A stretch of DNA of 63,989 bases, filler included, from Basidiobolus ranarum (Eukaryota), in NCBI GenBank assembly GCA_040143965.1. It is 4 parts of 4 records of this genome, joined end to end, with 100 filler letters (N's around TTAATTAATTAA, not from the genome) between each part and the next. Parts side by side here need not be neighbours in the genome. Positions count along the whole stretch, not along the records: positions 34,101 to 51,043 come from JASJQH010000324.1; 3 more parts are not named here. One strand, written 5' to 3'. Shown in pieces: positions 34,101 through 48,523 of this stretch; positions within the stretch are counted from its first letter, which is position 1, and every line of letters starts with the position of its first letter. The position numbers and the translations under genes were made by a program. Below the pieces are notes generated by a model. The model had not been told where the DNA came from. It did no database searches and was given only the letters and a program-made list of their open reading frames with translations.

Positions 34101-35820
34101 GGTACTTTTCAAAGTGTTCAAATTAATCCCAAACTTAACGGCAAGCAAAAAGCCACACAAACACCACAAAGCACCCTCAGTAGTGTCACAATACAAGGAC
34201 ATACAAAAATAGTCAAAGTGCTTGAGGTATATTTTCAAAAGTATGAGGGGAAAAATGCTGTGCTAGTCTGCAGAAAGTGGCTTCAGAAGAAGATTATTCA
34301 ACTTGACATTCAGTCTGGTGTTGACCATGCAGATATCTGGGAAGAACTTAATACAGAGTGGCAAAATATTGCAGGGTATCTGCCAGATAGCTGGAAGAAT
34401 GTTGATTCAGCAATATTAATATAATGGTGGGCTTTGATGGAGATATTGATACACACTTGTGTTGGGTATGAGCTAAACCTTGGGTATGAAGAACTCTATA
34501 AAAGTATTCAGGAGAATATATCAAAGAAACTAGGGATTTAAAAGGTGACAAATTAGCATTCAAGTGGTAAATGTGTAAAACTTGAGTTATGTTTTTTGCA
34601 CATGTGCTGATCCATAGTTTTCTGAGATTGTAGCCAATCATGTGCAACTATTTTGCAAGATCTTAAAATTTCACTCCTGAAACTGAAAAAATTGATTAAA
34701 ATCAAATCTTACTTGACTATTTTATGATGGTAAGTAAATAGTCAATCCCAAATGGTTTAAAATTGTGATGGTTTTCCTCCAATAACAATCCTCAAATTTT
34801 TGTTAGGGTATTTCTAGTTGGACATATTCATATCAAATCAACTACAAATCTTACATTTCATACTTGAGTCAAGTATATAGAAATTTCACATCATTGCATT
34901 AGAGTGACTATGTAAAGTATGTTAATTAGCTTGACTTATTGTTCTATAAAAGACACAATGGTGAATATGGTAACAAAGCCATTAGCGCAGCAAAAATTGC
35001 AGGCTTTTAGACCTTTCTTGGGTAAAGTTATATGAGTGTATAGTTGAACAAAAGTATTGAGACTAACATAGACTAAACATCTATATACTTGTATATTGCT
35101 TAGTACTTTGTCATCCTATATTTCTTCAATTGGTCACTCAATGTCCTCAATTGGAAGTTACTATAATATTTTTACCAACTTAGATGTTCTCAGATATATG
35201 TCAGCTGCCAAACTTTGCAAGCATGTTCCTGGGACATTCCTTAGCACATTCTAAACATATGTTTGCTTACATATTGGCAAGCCTATGAAAGTCAACTTTC
35301 AGCTCAACAAATCAATAAGTGAAAATCATGAATTCTTCTAGTCCACCAAATAGCATACCAGAAACTCTCTAATACTTCAACACAATAATCCAATTATTCC
35401 TATTGTATGTTTATCTCAATGTATTCAGCATTATTTATTAGATATTAGCTTTGAATAGCACATTTTCATACACATTTATCTGTCAAACTTTTGATAGCAC
35501 CAAGCCTAATTGCAGAGTCATTAGCAGAGTTAATAAGGCTGATAAATGCAGAGTACTTGCTATGTAACCAATTCTAATAAAATAAATGTACTATGAAAAT
35601 AAATAAGGACAATCATGCAATCATCACTTTTCAAATAGTATTCCAATAAAAAGATGTAGGAAATCTGGTTACTCAAATCTGTTACTTGTAAGTCAGACTA
35701 GCTTGCAATCTATAATGAGTTATGCTGATATTTGATAGTAATGAACAACTAAGCCACTAAATTGCTTCAATTACTATTCAGATATAGCAAATTTCTTTCA
35801 TATGTTACCTGACAGCCCAT
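34101..35820 (+). mobile_element. Degenerate, CpG-depleted repeat relic; first 324 nt possibly a Tc1/mariner-like transposase C-terminus
   Basis: One CpG found between 34141 and 35820; frame 34101-34424 contains YFQ..CRKWLQKKIIQLD and IWEELNTEWQNI. Confidence 0.45.
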
Positions 35821-36439
35821 CGGCATTAATAAATAGCTGAAAATTTCTTAACTCTGTTTTAACCATAAGGTCAAGCAAATTTGAGTTTACTACTTGGACA
35901 CAATAAATACATATACCCTACTCTCCAACTCAGCGGTGTTATCCTGGATGCTTAATATAGACGACAATAAATACATTTCTTATGAAAGGACAGTAGCAAC
36001 TTAAATTGCTGAATATTGAGTAGGAAATGATTTAAAAGCAATGACTGCTGTTAATTAAGTTAAAAATGCATTTACTACGGGTATAGTTAGCTAGAAAATA
36101 GTAATGCGAGATTAGAATGATTCTTCCAATGGAACCAATGAGAAATATGCATCTGGATTGTTTGTATTGCCGTCTGAAGGCAGTAAAATGGATCACCTTG
36201 TAGCCACATAAATGAATGCACTGATATATGAAAAAAATGTGGGGATGCATACCATGAAAATATACAGTCAAGTATCCAATGAGGTTCCCTATTTCAATGC
36301 ATATTTGTAGAAATTGTTTTTACTTTCAGTAACGAATTTAATTGGACTTATTTAGAAAGATTGAGAAATAGTGCGATTGAAGTATACTAAACAATAAATT
36401 AGTTTAGAGGTTACCTTTACTCTTATTAATTCTGTTGAT

Positions 36440-38674
36440 ATGACTCCCAAGTCAATGGCAACAACACCTTTGAGCAGAAAACGTTCGGCTAGTGTAGTTA
36501 CTGCTGAAGAAGCTGCAAGTGCATTAACAGAAAAGCTAGCTTCCCGTACTAGGACCCTTCGCCCTTTTCTCAAACCCAAACGTTCTAAACTCTCCACACC
36601 ACGAACCAACAGAGTGGCACTTACTCCAATCTCTACACCACGATCCTCACCCGAATTTTCTTCTTCAACTCCTACATCTACACCTACTGGAAGACCAACC
36701 AAATTTCGTCGAATTGTAGATGAAGCAAGTGTTTCAACAAATGTGGAAAACATAAAATCGGTGGAAGATAGTCTTATTGCTTCTGTCCCAAAGAAAAAAC
36801 GAGTATCCAATGTAAAGATCACTGAGACCTCTACAGGTAAGTTCATTTATTGGTTCGATTATAATGGAGTAACGAGTAATAAATGATTGATTTATTCCGC
36901 GTCAACTTGAGCATATGTTTATACTGGCAGCTTTTCTAAAGCAAGTCATACACGTTAGCTTGCTCGTACTTAACCTAGATACTAATCTCTTTTATCTTCC
37001 TCAGTAAATACACCAGTTGAAGCTCCACATGGCAGTTTCACCTTTAGAGTAGCAGAAGAGATCAAATCTACGTCGACAGGTAATTTTAACTGCTTTTTTT
37101 TATTAGACTTTGCTTTAATTTAATATGAAATAGAAGAAAAATTAATAGAAAAAACCGAAGCTGTATCAGCCACTTCTCTTCTTGCCAGCATCTTCTCTCC
37201 GGCCCTAAATTTTTTGAAGAAGGTTCAAACAGGTTTGCAAATACTCGTGTCTGAACACTATCATATTTCTTCTGACCTGGAAAATTTTATAGGAGAAACT
37301 TTAAGGAATTTCACATCAGACTTTGCGAATAGGCTAAGAGACAACTCCAATGAAGAAAATATTCCAGAGACAAACTTACCCCCTTCTGAATGTATGTCTT
37401 ATGAATTAAACGAAGGTATCCCGACATTTGGTAGGAGAACTCTTTCGAACTAAATGTAAATGTGCATGTATTAATTCTCAGTATATAGCGGAACATCAAA
37501 CCAATCTTGACGAACCAAGTCAATATTCCCTCGACGCGCCAGTGAATATTTCGACTCATCAGACTATGGATCCTATGGACGAAGAAAGCGATTTCGAAGA
37601 AGAAGAATTCAATCCGTGAGTACAGTATTTTTGAATTAATAATTAGAGTATGACTCTCTAACCTCCACGGAAGATATCAATTTATGGCCACTATTCCTCC
37701 ACCTCCAGCAGAAGCTCTTCAGCGCCCTTCAATTTTACCAAAGAAAACTCGCTCTAGTCCCAATATTACATTAGGTAATCCTTCAACAAGAACTCATTTT
37801 GTTTTTTCAAATACTTGTACTAAATACTGTTTCTTAAAGTATTGGATTTAGATGAAACGTTAGTTCATTGCAGCGTATCTGAAATGGGTAAGAGAGAAGC
37901 AAATTTTTCTTTTTGATTACCTTCTAAACTTTCTTTATTCAGATAACCCGGATGTTCGTTTTCCAGTAAGATTCCAAGGCATTGTACAAGAGGTACACAA
38001 TCTCTCATAAAATACACGCCGAAGCTACTTCTAACGCCTTATGATCCCTTAGGTACGAGGCCGCTTGCGCCCACATGCCGTGGAATTTCTGAAACGTGCC
38101 TCTGAACACTTTGAAGTTGCTATCTTCACCGCATCTCAAAAAGCCTATGCTGACCGCCTTTTGAATCTCATTGATCCCAATCGGAGCTACATCAAGTATG
38201 TCCATGAGTTTGCGTATAATATTGTCAGCAACGATTAACCTCATGTTCGATTAGATACCGACTGTTTCGAGACTCATGCGTATATGTTGAGGGAAACTAT
38301 ATAAAGGATCTTCGCGTTCTTGGCCGCGATTTAGCCAAAACTATTATTCTGGATAACTCGCCAATAGGTATCTATGATTTCATCTATCTTTGAGGCACTC
38401 AACTTACCTTTAAATTCTACAGCATTTTCGTATCAGATCACCAATGGTGTTCCTATTACAAGCTGGTATGATGATCCTGTAAGTATTGATCCAACGCTTT
38501 ACCATAATCTTCGCAAGCTTTACTGAATTGCTCCATTTTCGGCAGAATGATACCGAACTTTTACAGGTCTTAGAGTTTCTCCAAACTCTTGCCAACGTCG
38601 ACGATGTTCGCCCAATGATTGACCGACAATTCCAAATGACCAAGTTGGTTCAAGACTCGGCACCCTTTCCATAA
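36440..38674 (+). CDS. CTD small phosphatase-like protein (NIF/FCP1-homology domain, CTDSPL2-like)
   Basis: Low-complexity N-terminus, then [65 protein letters not shown]; about 11 introns. Confidence 0.9.
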
Positions 38675-39446
38675 ATGATTTCGCAACTTTTTGCCAAATG
38701 TTCTATTTTAGATATCTAGCATCAACTGGGACTGTTTCTGTATCCACTATTAGTAACAGCTTCGTCTTAATAGCTTTGTCGATAGCCGGTATCCATCTTC
38801 AATGATTATTGTATTCTTACTATCCAATTGGTTGAGTCTCAACATATAGCGAACAGTATCGAAGACAGGTTCCTGCTATTTTTTAGTTTTGTATTGAATT
38901 GCTAACCCCGGCCCGCCTATCATACTATTGTCAATCTGTTACTTCCCCCTAGTCTGTCTGTCATACCCAGTATTATTATTTGTTATTGGTTTCTTAGAAG
39001 GAAATAAAATATGTGTATATAGATCTTGGCTATTCCAACTGACATGTGCTCTTGGTAATACTCCCTAAGGTCTAGCTTTTGGCCAGGAATTGGACTTTCA
39101 ATACTTGTCATACACCGCCGTTCACTGCCCCAGACCCAGACCATTTGCTGCCTTGATTAATTACGCCAATATTGGTCATGGTATTAATTTAACGTCAATA
39201 ACGATTGGACCAAGACCTCGGGATAATGATAGTAGGACGGCATTTGGCATACGGTTTTTGATTTGCATTCTTGAGCTATTGAATTGGTACTGATTTGAAT
39301 GAATTAAACAATATCCTCCTCTAATTACTGACGAAATAGAGCAGTAGAGATTGACTGGAAATTTCTATCATGATACAGGGTTTATACAAATAAAGATACT
39401 GTTTATTTCACATCAAGATTGACACACGATGATGACAAAGGATGTG

Positions 39447-39666
39447 TTATTGAAGCTTGTCTCTACTTTGCTGCTTCTCCTGTTTCTGATAGAATGGGGT
39501 TGAACAAGTTAGAATCAGGTATACACAGAGATTAGCCACATAATTAACAAACCTTCAGCTTATGCTGTTTCTGCTCTTCCTTCTTCTCAGCTTTAGACTT
39601 GGGTCTGTTCTTGTCGGTTTTCATTTTCGGATTCTCCTTCTCCTTGGGGATTTGTTTACGTGGCAT
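39447..39666 (-). CDS. Two-exon 50-aa Lys/Glu-rich microprotein
   Basis: MPRKQIPKEKENPKMKTDKNRPKSKAEKKEEQKQHKLK|KQEKQQSRDKLQ*; intron 39486-39552 (GTTTGT..CTAAC..CAG); TATATAAA about 55 nt upstream. Confidence 0.7.
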
Positions 39667-42600
39667 TTTTCTTCACTTGATGTGCTTTGGAACGGTTGCC
39701 AGCCCTACTCGCTTCACTTCTTTATATACACATTGCCTATAATACCGAACCCACAGATAGACCACTTACTCATGAGAGTTTCAGCCACATGAAGTAACCA
39801 AGTGATTGGACATATGGACCGAGACTTTACGGTTTTAATATTCAGCCAGCTGACTTTGAACTAATACACTTCAGCATTGGGGTTGACTCTAATTGGTTTC
39901 TTGCAACCACTGTGATAATTAATTTTGATCGAGTTGGAGCTGATATCATTCTATCACATAGAGGCTTAATGAAGAGTAGGGACCCGTAACACACACATCT
40001 TGGTAACGTTCACCAATAGAGTTTAAAGTGGATACCCTCGACTTGAGTAGATTTGGGTGAACATCAATTTGGAACAAAGGAGGGTTGCTGTTTGAAGAGA
40101 ATAGGGATGAAGGATGATGTGATAAATGTAGCCGAATGGTAAGTAATGATATCCATTTATATTAGTTTGTTTAATGTCGAGATTTGGTTAGAAGAAAATG
40201 AGCTGTCAGTATGAGTAGGACGGATTTACTTGTCATTTGCAAAATCAAATGGCTTCTGGATCCGGAATAGATCACTCGGTTTTCCACTAGCATGTTGTAT
40301 TATCAACGCTTATCAAGATAGCTATTACTTTGATCCTAGTAGGATCTCACATTGGGCATGATTCGGATCTGGGATCTTCGCCTGCTTTGGAAATCCGAAA
40401 GAGGGACAAGGTATGAGGTGCTAAGATCATTTTCATTCCACTATCGACTATTACCAATTAGAGACAGCATGCATGATTAGAAGATCATGTCTGCTTATAG
40501 CATGGTGTCGGGAAAGTGAATAACCTAGTTATTTATTGGAGAAACGTTGCACGCAATTCTCTCTACTTGTAGATGGGGGAATTTTTCGGTGGGTTGTTAC
40601 CTCTCAATTCATAAAAAATAAAATTCAGAAGAATTACCATTTACACACTTGCCCAGCTGAAATAATCTAGACTAATGGTATCTGGCTCAATTAGACAACA
40701 ATAGATGGTATCGGGGGTTTCGAGGGAGTGTAGGAAGGTACAAGATTCAGTGGAAATTAGATGGAAGGATCAAAGTGCCGACAAGCGATTAACTTGGATA
40801 GAATTTTTTGGATTTTCAGCGTGGAAACACTGTCGAACATCTGATTGTATAATTACAACTAGAGTTAGACCAGAAACGGTTGGAATTCAACTGAAATTCT
40901 TTCCGTTGATGTACGGATAGGAAAATTAATGAAATAGAAAATATGGTTAAAGCGTGAGGATAAAGTTTATGAGCGGGATTTGGGAGATAATTACCTAAAA
41001 AAGAAGTATCCTCTCAAGTATTCGCTTGAGAGAACAGGGCTTTCCTGGAGAGCCAGACATACAGGGTTTGTGAAGCACTGAATATTACCAGAGTAAACTC
41101 GAGTCTTCTAGTTGTACCAATCTCTTCATTTAGGTTTATTGCTTATCGAACGAACAAAATATGGGGTGAGAAAATATTGAATCCTTTGCCAAACAGCAAG
41201 CGGTACAAACCCTTATTATCAACTTCGGGTGAATTGGAATAGGAAACTAGTAAATATGTGAATAGATGTTGAGCTCTATAGTATCGTTGCCTTGATGCTG
41301 AGCAAAATGGCATAAACATGGGTTGTACATGCTCTAAGGGCTCTTGCCATTGTCAACTCTAAAGGCAGACTTACCTTTTTTGTCCGTTAATTACTGATTA
41401 GGGCTATGGTTCAAAGAGGCGGATTCGTGTATGCTGGAGTGTATTGAATTTCATAACTCTAGTTACAAATGGCGAATATCCAATATCCCTGCAAGTGCGT
41501 AGTACGCCCATTCGTTTCCAGGTGCATGGTTTAACGATCAGATTTGAAACTTCATAGTGCTATCACGACTTATCCAAGTTGCTGTATCTGATACCTTTTC
41601 GTCAGGAAGAACACCAAATACAAAATTGATATCCATTGTATTGATTTCACGAAGAGCTGCACTATTTCTATCAGCAAACTACAAGAGTTGTGAGACCATG
41701 GTTGTAATACGCGAACAAATGGGGGTGGAGGCGATTAGATAATCTGTCAGGAATCTATTTCCTTGACAAGCTCATATTCTTAAAGCAGACAGGACTTGGA
41801 CCAACTATATCTCCAATAAGCATCAATATCAAACGAATGACAGAGATTTCCAAGAAACTATCCCATCATTACAAGGTTGGCCCACTGTTCCTGTTATGTA
41901 TATAGTATTATGATCTAGGTAATGGTTTAGATCCGTCAATATAATTCATGTGCCATATCGGATAAATTTGGTACTATTTCCAATGAAGGCAATGGACTAA
42001 ATCGAATTTGCTTTGTAATGTACATTTGACCAGATACTGATCAGCTGACTGCCGAGAGCGCACATTAAGGGTGAAAACCTTAACTTCAGGCACATTTCAA
42101 TTGCTGGGTATTTTGAGTTTTCTTGGTGTTTTAGGCATCTTGGCTATGTTGCAGTTGGGTGTAGAAACATACTTCTTGAGAGGGCAATTCACACTGCAAC
42201 GGCAAGCATCGACACTAACGATCAACACATACTGGAAGTGGATATATTGAACTACATCGACCGACAAAGGTATGTCTTGATAGCAATTCCTAGCTGATAT
42301 CGATTAGTTTGGCGATACATATATATATACGTATCCATGTATTTACAGAACAAGTAGCATTGACGGTTCGTATTTTCACACACTTTGAAATAACCTCAGG
42401 ATTAACCGAATTCGCGCATCACTAGGGAGAATGGTGTCATGCTAGTAGCAATATTGATACTATTTTGCTCATGGTATTATTGGTACCATTTCTTAGTGTG
42501 GAATATTTCACAACACCGTAGTTGGCTTGCGAATTTATGGGCTCATTCATTGGTGGGAGGCAGAGGCAAATTTAGAAAGTGGAATGGATCATTATGCTGG

Positions 42601-42756
42601 CCGAATGATAAGCTCTCTCTTTTTGGGGACTTTCGTTAGATTAAATCTGATGTAAATTAACTAGTCTTAAGAAAAATTTCATGAGCTATAAATACAACCG
42701 TCTCACGCATTAATATCTCAGCACCTTCTAGTTTTAATACTTTTACATATCTTCCT

Positions 42757-44315
42757 ATGACAGGTACAATCATTTGATCTTCTTTCTGCGTTCTGTTCTA
42801 ATAGCTCTGTTAACAGACAAAGTCGCCACTAGTCACGATTTTGAGCATCAATACAACGTTTCTCAAAAGAATGAGGACGGAGTTGAGATAACACCACAAG
42901 GTGAAAGATCTGCTTCAAGCATTTCAGCCTTCTGGCATTTACTCTGTATTCTTGCCGGCAGTGGTTCTGTATCCTTACCATCTATTGAAAATCATTTTGT
43001 CCGTTACATCGCTTTTTACTTCGTATATTGCCCTTAATTCAAATGCTTTAGCTGTCATTGCCATATGTACTTGGAAATGCTGGTTGGATCGGTGTCATTA
43101 TTATCGTTCTCTGTACTCTATTTGCTATCTACAACAACATACTTCTTGTCAGATGCCTCTACGCTATCCCGTAAGAATTTTATGTCACTAGGGCTTACTA
43201 CTATTTGCTAATATTAGATATCTCTTTTAGTGATCGCCGTCTAAGCTCATACACAGAAATTGGTTACGCTTCATTCGGTATTGTTGGCAAAGTTGCTGTT
43301 TGGTTCTTCCATAACTCAATCGTTATTGGAGGTCCAATTGTCTACATGATTCTTGCTGGTAGCAATATCGAGTCTCTCGTCAAGCCTCTTGGTGTAACTC
43401 TTACCGTTGAACACTGGATCATAATTTGTACTGCTCTAGTATTCATTCCCTTTGTTACCTTTCGTAACATCAGAGAAATCACTATTCTATCATTCTTCGG
43501 TACTTTCGCCACCATCTTTGCAATCATTGTTGTTGTAGTAGTCAGTTTCATGAATCTTGATAAGGCCAAGGAGCTACCCGAACGTAGTCACACATTTGTC
43601 AATTGGGGACAAATTCCTTTGACTCTTGGCTCCATTGGTTTCTCATTTGGTGGCAACGTAGTATTTCCTCACGTCGAAGCAACAATGAAAAATCCCAAAG
43701 CTTGGAACAAGGTCATGTCTTTATCCATTGCAACAGTAGCTGTACTCTATCTTTTGATAGCCGCTAGCGGCTACTACGTTTTCGGTAGCGAAGCCTTAGC
43801 ACCTATCTTCCAAAACCTTAATCCATATAACCCTGCCACCACTGTTGCTGTGATTTTAATTACCATCCATGTTCTCCTGGCTTCTCCTCTCTTCTTGTTC
43901 GGCTTTGTCAACGAAATTGAACACAATTTCAGGATTAATGAAGAACGCCTCTCCAAGGTTTCATACTATTCAATCCGTACCGCCATCCGTGTTCTCACCA
44001 TTCTCTTTGTCGGAGTGATTGCTGTGATTGTTCCTTTCTTCGGAGATTTCATGTCCTTAATCGGCGCTCTTTCCGAATGCATGACCGTTTTTGTAAGTAA
44101 TTCTGCAAACACAATATGTAATGAATCAGTTGCTCAACCATCCTTCTATTTAGGTTTTGCCTGTAGTATGCTATCTCAAGCTTTATGGATGGAGAAGATG
44201 CAACATCCCACAACTAATCTGGTTCGCTCTTACCATTGTAGTTGGTACTATCGGATGCATCTGGGGATCTATTGATGCGGTTATTACGCTCAAGAAAGAT
44301 TTCGATTCCAAATAA
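42757..44315 (+). CDS. Amino acid transporter, Aa_trans/AAAP family (AVT1-like)
   Basis: AFWHLLCILAGSGSLSLPY, SYTEIGYASFG, FSFGGNVVFPHVEATMKNPK, PFFGDFMSLIGA; 4 introns. Confidence 0.92.
42969..43051 (+). other. U12-type GT-AG intron in the amino acid transporter
   Basis: 5' site GTATCCTT; branch CCCTTAAT at 43031-43038, 13 nt before the end of the AG; splicing gives conserved AGSGS|LSLPY. Confidence 0.78.
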
Positions 44316-45822
44316 TTATATCATGGTTTTATGTACTCATAATCATTTTTCCCAGTTCTGAACAGCCATTTTTCAGACCTCAAATTTTCTTAACGCATAG
44401 TTGGTTATTCTGTAACCGAATAGACAATGTGAACATCTCAATGATAGTATCTAATATAGTAATATCCCGTAACAGTAATAGTTCCTTTTCCATTTCATTC
44501 CTTGGAGCAGCAATCCGATGCATCGTTTCTTCTACCTTATACTGCTGTTTCATGGACTTTTATTACTATTTCCAATAAACTACAATTTCCTGATATGTTT
44601 CTACTTTGGAAAGAAATCGTCGATCAATTATCACGCGGTGAATGTTCTAAAATTACTAATTTATACATATGATCGGAATGATGACATTGAGGATGATTTT
44701 CCTTCCTATCTATGACAAGTGAGAGTGCCACACAACTTTGGCAATGGAGTCGTGGGGTACTGCAACCTGAGTAGTGAAGTTTTTCTCCTACTCTTATGAT
44801 GATGGCATGATTGGTATTTATAGTGGGAGATGGTGCATTTTTGGAATTGGATGAGTACAGGTGGAGATATCTCTATAGTACGTCATTTGGATTTAATCTA
44901 CTTCAGATTATCAATCTCAATGTGTTCTCTAGTATATATATAATCCACTCTAATCCGTTGATTGCCGGTCTTTGTTAAAAGTAGCCGTAGGGTCCATACA
45001 TCAATTACCTGACGATATATCCATTCTTGTTAACCAATGGAGCTACGAATCTACTTGCGTTTGAATTCAAATATGGTAGTCAGTTGAACTAGTCCATCCC
45101 GGAAATCTAGAGAATGTGTCTTCAATGGATATTCATGTGCTTCTCCCTTTTTGGGAACTCAAAGCTCATGGTACAAGTTGTTGCTTTCCCTCTATAGCCG
45201 AGGTTGTTCATACTAAAAAGGGTAGATTAAATGAAAATTACTGCTGTATATCGTGTGAAGTTCTAGAGTTGGGTAAATCAGCCTTCTTGGTCTAGATACC
45301 ATCGTTTACTTTGATAGTGAGGATGACGGTAATCTGAATGTTATACTATTTAGTCAAATAGACTTAGCCTAAAAAGATTCAATATATAATATAATAACAG
45401 AACAAGCTACTGCAGTATAAAGATACTAGTAACATTTCATTCTTACTAAATCATTTGAAATTAAATGAGAGCATTCGAATGATTTGATGCAATCAAAATG
45501 CAGAAATTCGTTGTGTATCCTCAAAAGCTGGCATATAATATAGGTATAGAGATATAGATGAATGCCAAGCTCGACTACACGATGCCTCCCACATATACTG
45601 GTAAAGAAGATCATTGCTTGTCAAAAAGTCAGGAGAATTTTCATTGAGTTCCTTGAGGCGATGTAGGTAGTTGCATGTATCATTGACTTCCCTGGGTCAT
45701 TCATTAGCATCAGATATTCCGCTTATATTTTATTCATTTTCAAAATCATCAGAGAGTAAACAGTTTTAAGTTGATAATAGAGTCAATAGATCACACTTTG
45801 GATCACCTCTCAAATGGTAATT

Positions 45823-47322
45823 TTAAAGGTTTGCTCTCTTTTGTAACTCGGGTGCTCGTCGTAATTCTATCTGCGCGATTTGCATGAGATGAACAGCATC
45901 TGGGCCATCGACAATTCGAAGAGTTCTAGCATTGGCGTATAGATCTGCCAATAAAGAATCCGGTCCAACGCCAGCTGCTCCGTGTATTTGGATTGCTCTA
46001 TCGATAACTCGTAAGCAGATTCTTGGAACAGCTACCTTGGCCATGGCAATTTCTTTCATAGCCTTTTTAGCGCCAATTTTATCAATCATGTCTGCTGCTT
46101 TAAGCACCAACAGGCGACCTTGTTCGATTTCCATTCTAGAGATAGCTATGTCGTGCATGACGGTTCCGTGTTCAGCAATGTTTTTACCAAATGTCTTACG
46201 CTGAATTGATCTAGAGAGTATACTATCTAAAGCTCTTTCGGCAAACCCAATGGCTCTCATACAGTGATGAATACGTCCTGTTTCGGTATTTTTAAGTTTT
46301 TGGCTATACATGAAGTACTATATAGGAAATGAACATACCTGGTCCTAATCTTCCTTGAATGACCTCAAAGCCTCTTCCTTCACCAAGAATTAGATTCTCT
46401 TTGGGGACCTTTACGTTGTCAAATGTAACTTCGCAATGGCCATGTGGTGCATGATCATAGCCAAAAACCGTCAATGGTCTGACAACTTTAACACCAGGTG
46501 TATCCGCGGGAACAATTATAATTGTTTGTTGCTTATGCTTGGCCAGAGTAGTGTCTGATTTTCCCATTACTAAAAATACTTTGCAACGAGGATCACCAGA
46601 TCCACTAATCCACCACTTGTGTCCATTTACGATATAATGATCTCCATGACGTTTAATGGAGGTTTCGATATTGGTAGCGTCAGAGGAAGCTACTTTCGGT
46701 TCCGTCATAGCAAATGCAGATCTTATTTTCCCTTCAAGTAAAGGTTTAAGCCATTTTTCATTTTGTTCTTTGTTACCGTACTTTAAGAAAACTTCCATAT
46801 TTCCAGTATCTGGAGCGGCACAGTTACAGGCCTTTTAGATAAATAAGAGTAAGTCATCTGAGATGGATACCAAATGAATGTCATCAAACCTCAGGAGCAA
46901 GGTGTGCAGATCTTCCCATAATTTCGCAGACGTAAGCATATTCCAAGTTGGTCAAGCCAGGTCCTTCTGAATGTCCTTTAGGAATAAAAAGATTCCAGAG
47001 TCCAAGCTTTCGGGCCTTTAATTTTAGTTCTTCTATGATAGGAGGAATGGTCTATGGATATAGACAAGGTGAATTAGGGATTCTATTTGTATTGAGGACC
47101 ATCAATATATGTATGTATATATACCTTCCATCTCATTTCTCCAACTCCTAATTGCTTCTCATAGAGTTTTTCCACAGGTAGGCATTCATTCTAAAGTACT
47201 GTATTATCAGAAAGAGTCTCTTTAATAAAGTTAAGATTTCGCCAGCTATGACATACCTCCACAAAGTCTGAAAGTACTCTAGCAAGCTCCTGAACTTTGG
47301 GAGATAAATCGGTGATATTCAT
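45823..47322 (-). CDS. Acyl-CoA dehydrogenase (ACAD10/11-like, single-domain)
   Basis: [65 protein letters not shown]-terminal ANL (PTS1-like); 4 introns. Confidence 0.93.
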
Positions 47323-48523
47323 ACTAGAGATATAGTGTACTAATGAAAATGTTACTGAGGTGAATATCTGCTTCACTTCGCTTTATATGCTGTTTCAAAG
47401 CTCACGTGGGAATTTACTGGATGACTCTGTATCTAATGTGCAGTATAAACATCGTATATGGTCTATCCAAAGAGTAGCTTAAGTGTTGGTAAGTGTGGAA
47501 CATCAGTCAACGGCTTAGGTACGCATGGTTGGTTCAGAGTATTTATCATGACTAAAGAGCATTTCTCGAGATTCCTGATCGTGCGAAACAATCAGAATAT
47601 ATCGATGGACCAGTGGCTTAATAATTGACATTATTGGTGAGTAGGACACACATAGCTTTAACTGTTCAAAGTAAGGAAAATCCCACCAAGTGAGCAAATT
47701 CTGTGGATAACTGAGTCTTGAATTGGTATGTAAACAGTCACAAAATCTCGGATAATATTCGGGCGAGACAACACAGTGAAACTCTCATTGTTGCTGGCAA
47801 ATGACTTAGGTACAGTTTCAAAACTCAGCCACCATATGAACCAGTAAAATGCTCGAGGGAATGTTTCCAAAGCGTGAGTAATATTTCGCTTAGTTCATTG
47901 ACCAAGATGATTCACACTATTACTGAGCAGCAGAATTAGCGGTGAATAAAGCTGCAGTCTTTGAAGCAGTAGTGCGTAAGAATGTATTGTTAGAAATGTG
48001 TCCAGATGAATGCCATAATAGAGCACCAAATTGTAGCTAGTATCTTTACGGAAGTCAATACGATCTTAAGAAACGGTGTCTAGTTATGCTACAAGCTTAA
48101 TACATCCTTCATCAAATTAGTCATGCATGAAACGATGCTAGCCAGGGGATTTAATATGGATTCAAAAACCTGTTGATTCTTGTTCCTTGGGAAAACTCCT
48201 TTGATGTAGTCCAAGTTGACGCGTCTCAAAATTCCAGGATCAAGTATTACTGAATTCTTTGGTATGAGAAGTATTGGTTTATTGATTTTTCTAGACAAAA
48301 ATATTGAATCCTAAACCTGAACGACAGGAAATTTTTAATTAACGCAAGTAGCATTGATAGGAGAGGGGGCTTCTTAATAATACGGAGTTGCTAAATTTAA
48401 ACAAAGGGTGAACAAAAATTTAATACAGCTGCTTGGAGCCTTGAAGCAATCTATCAACCAGCTTGATGATGCCAAGGCCTTGAAGAAGCGCAAGAGCATT
48501 TATTTAGTGGGGGAATTTTTGGT

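Noticed and set aside
37416-38422. GTATCCCG and GTATCTAT donors in the CTDSPL2-like gene as U12 introns
   Set aside because: Only partial donor match and no clear CCTTAAC branch; at most converted former minor introns
44716-44980. FIVGDGAF fragment resembling a thiamine-diphosphate-binding motif
   Set aside because: Too short, no continuous frame or gene structure; may be chance or a very old relic
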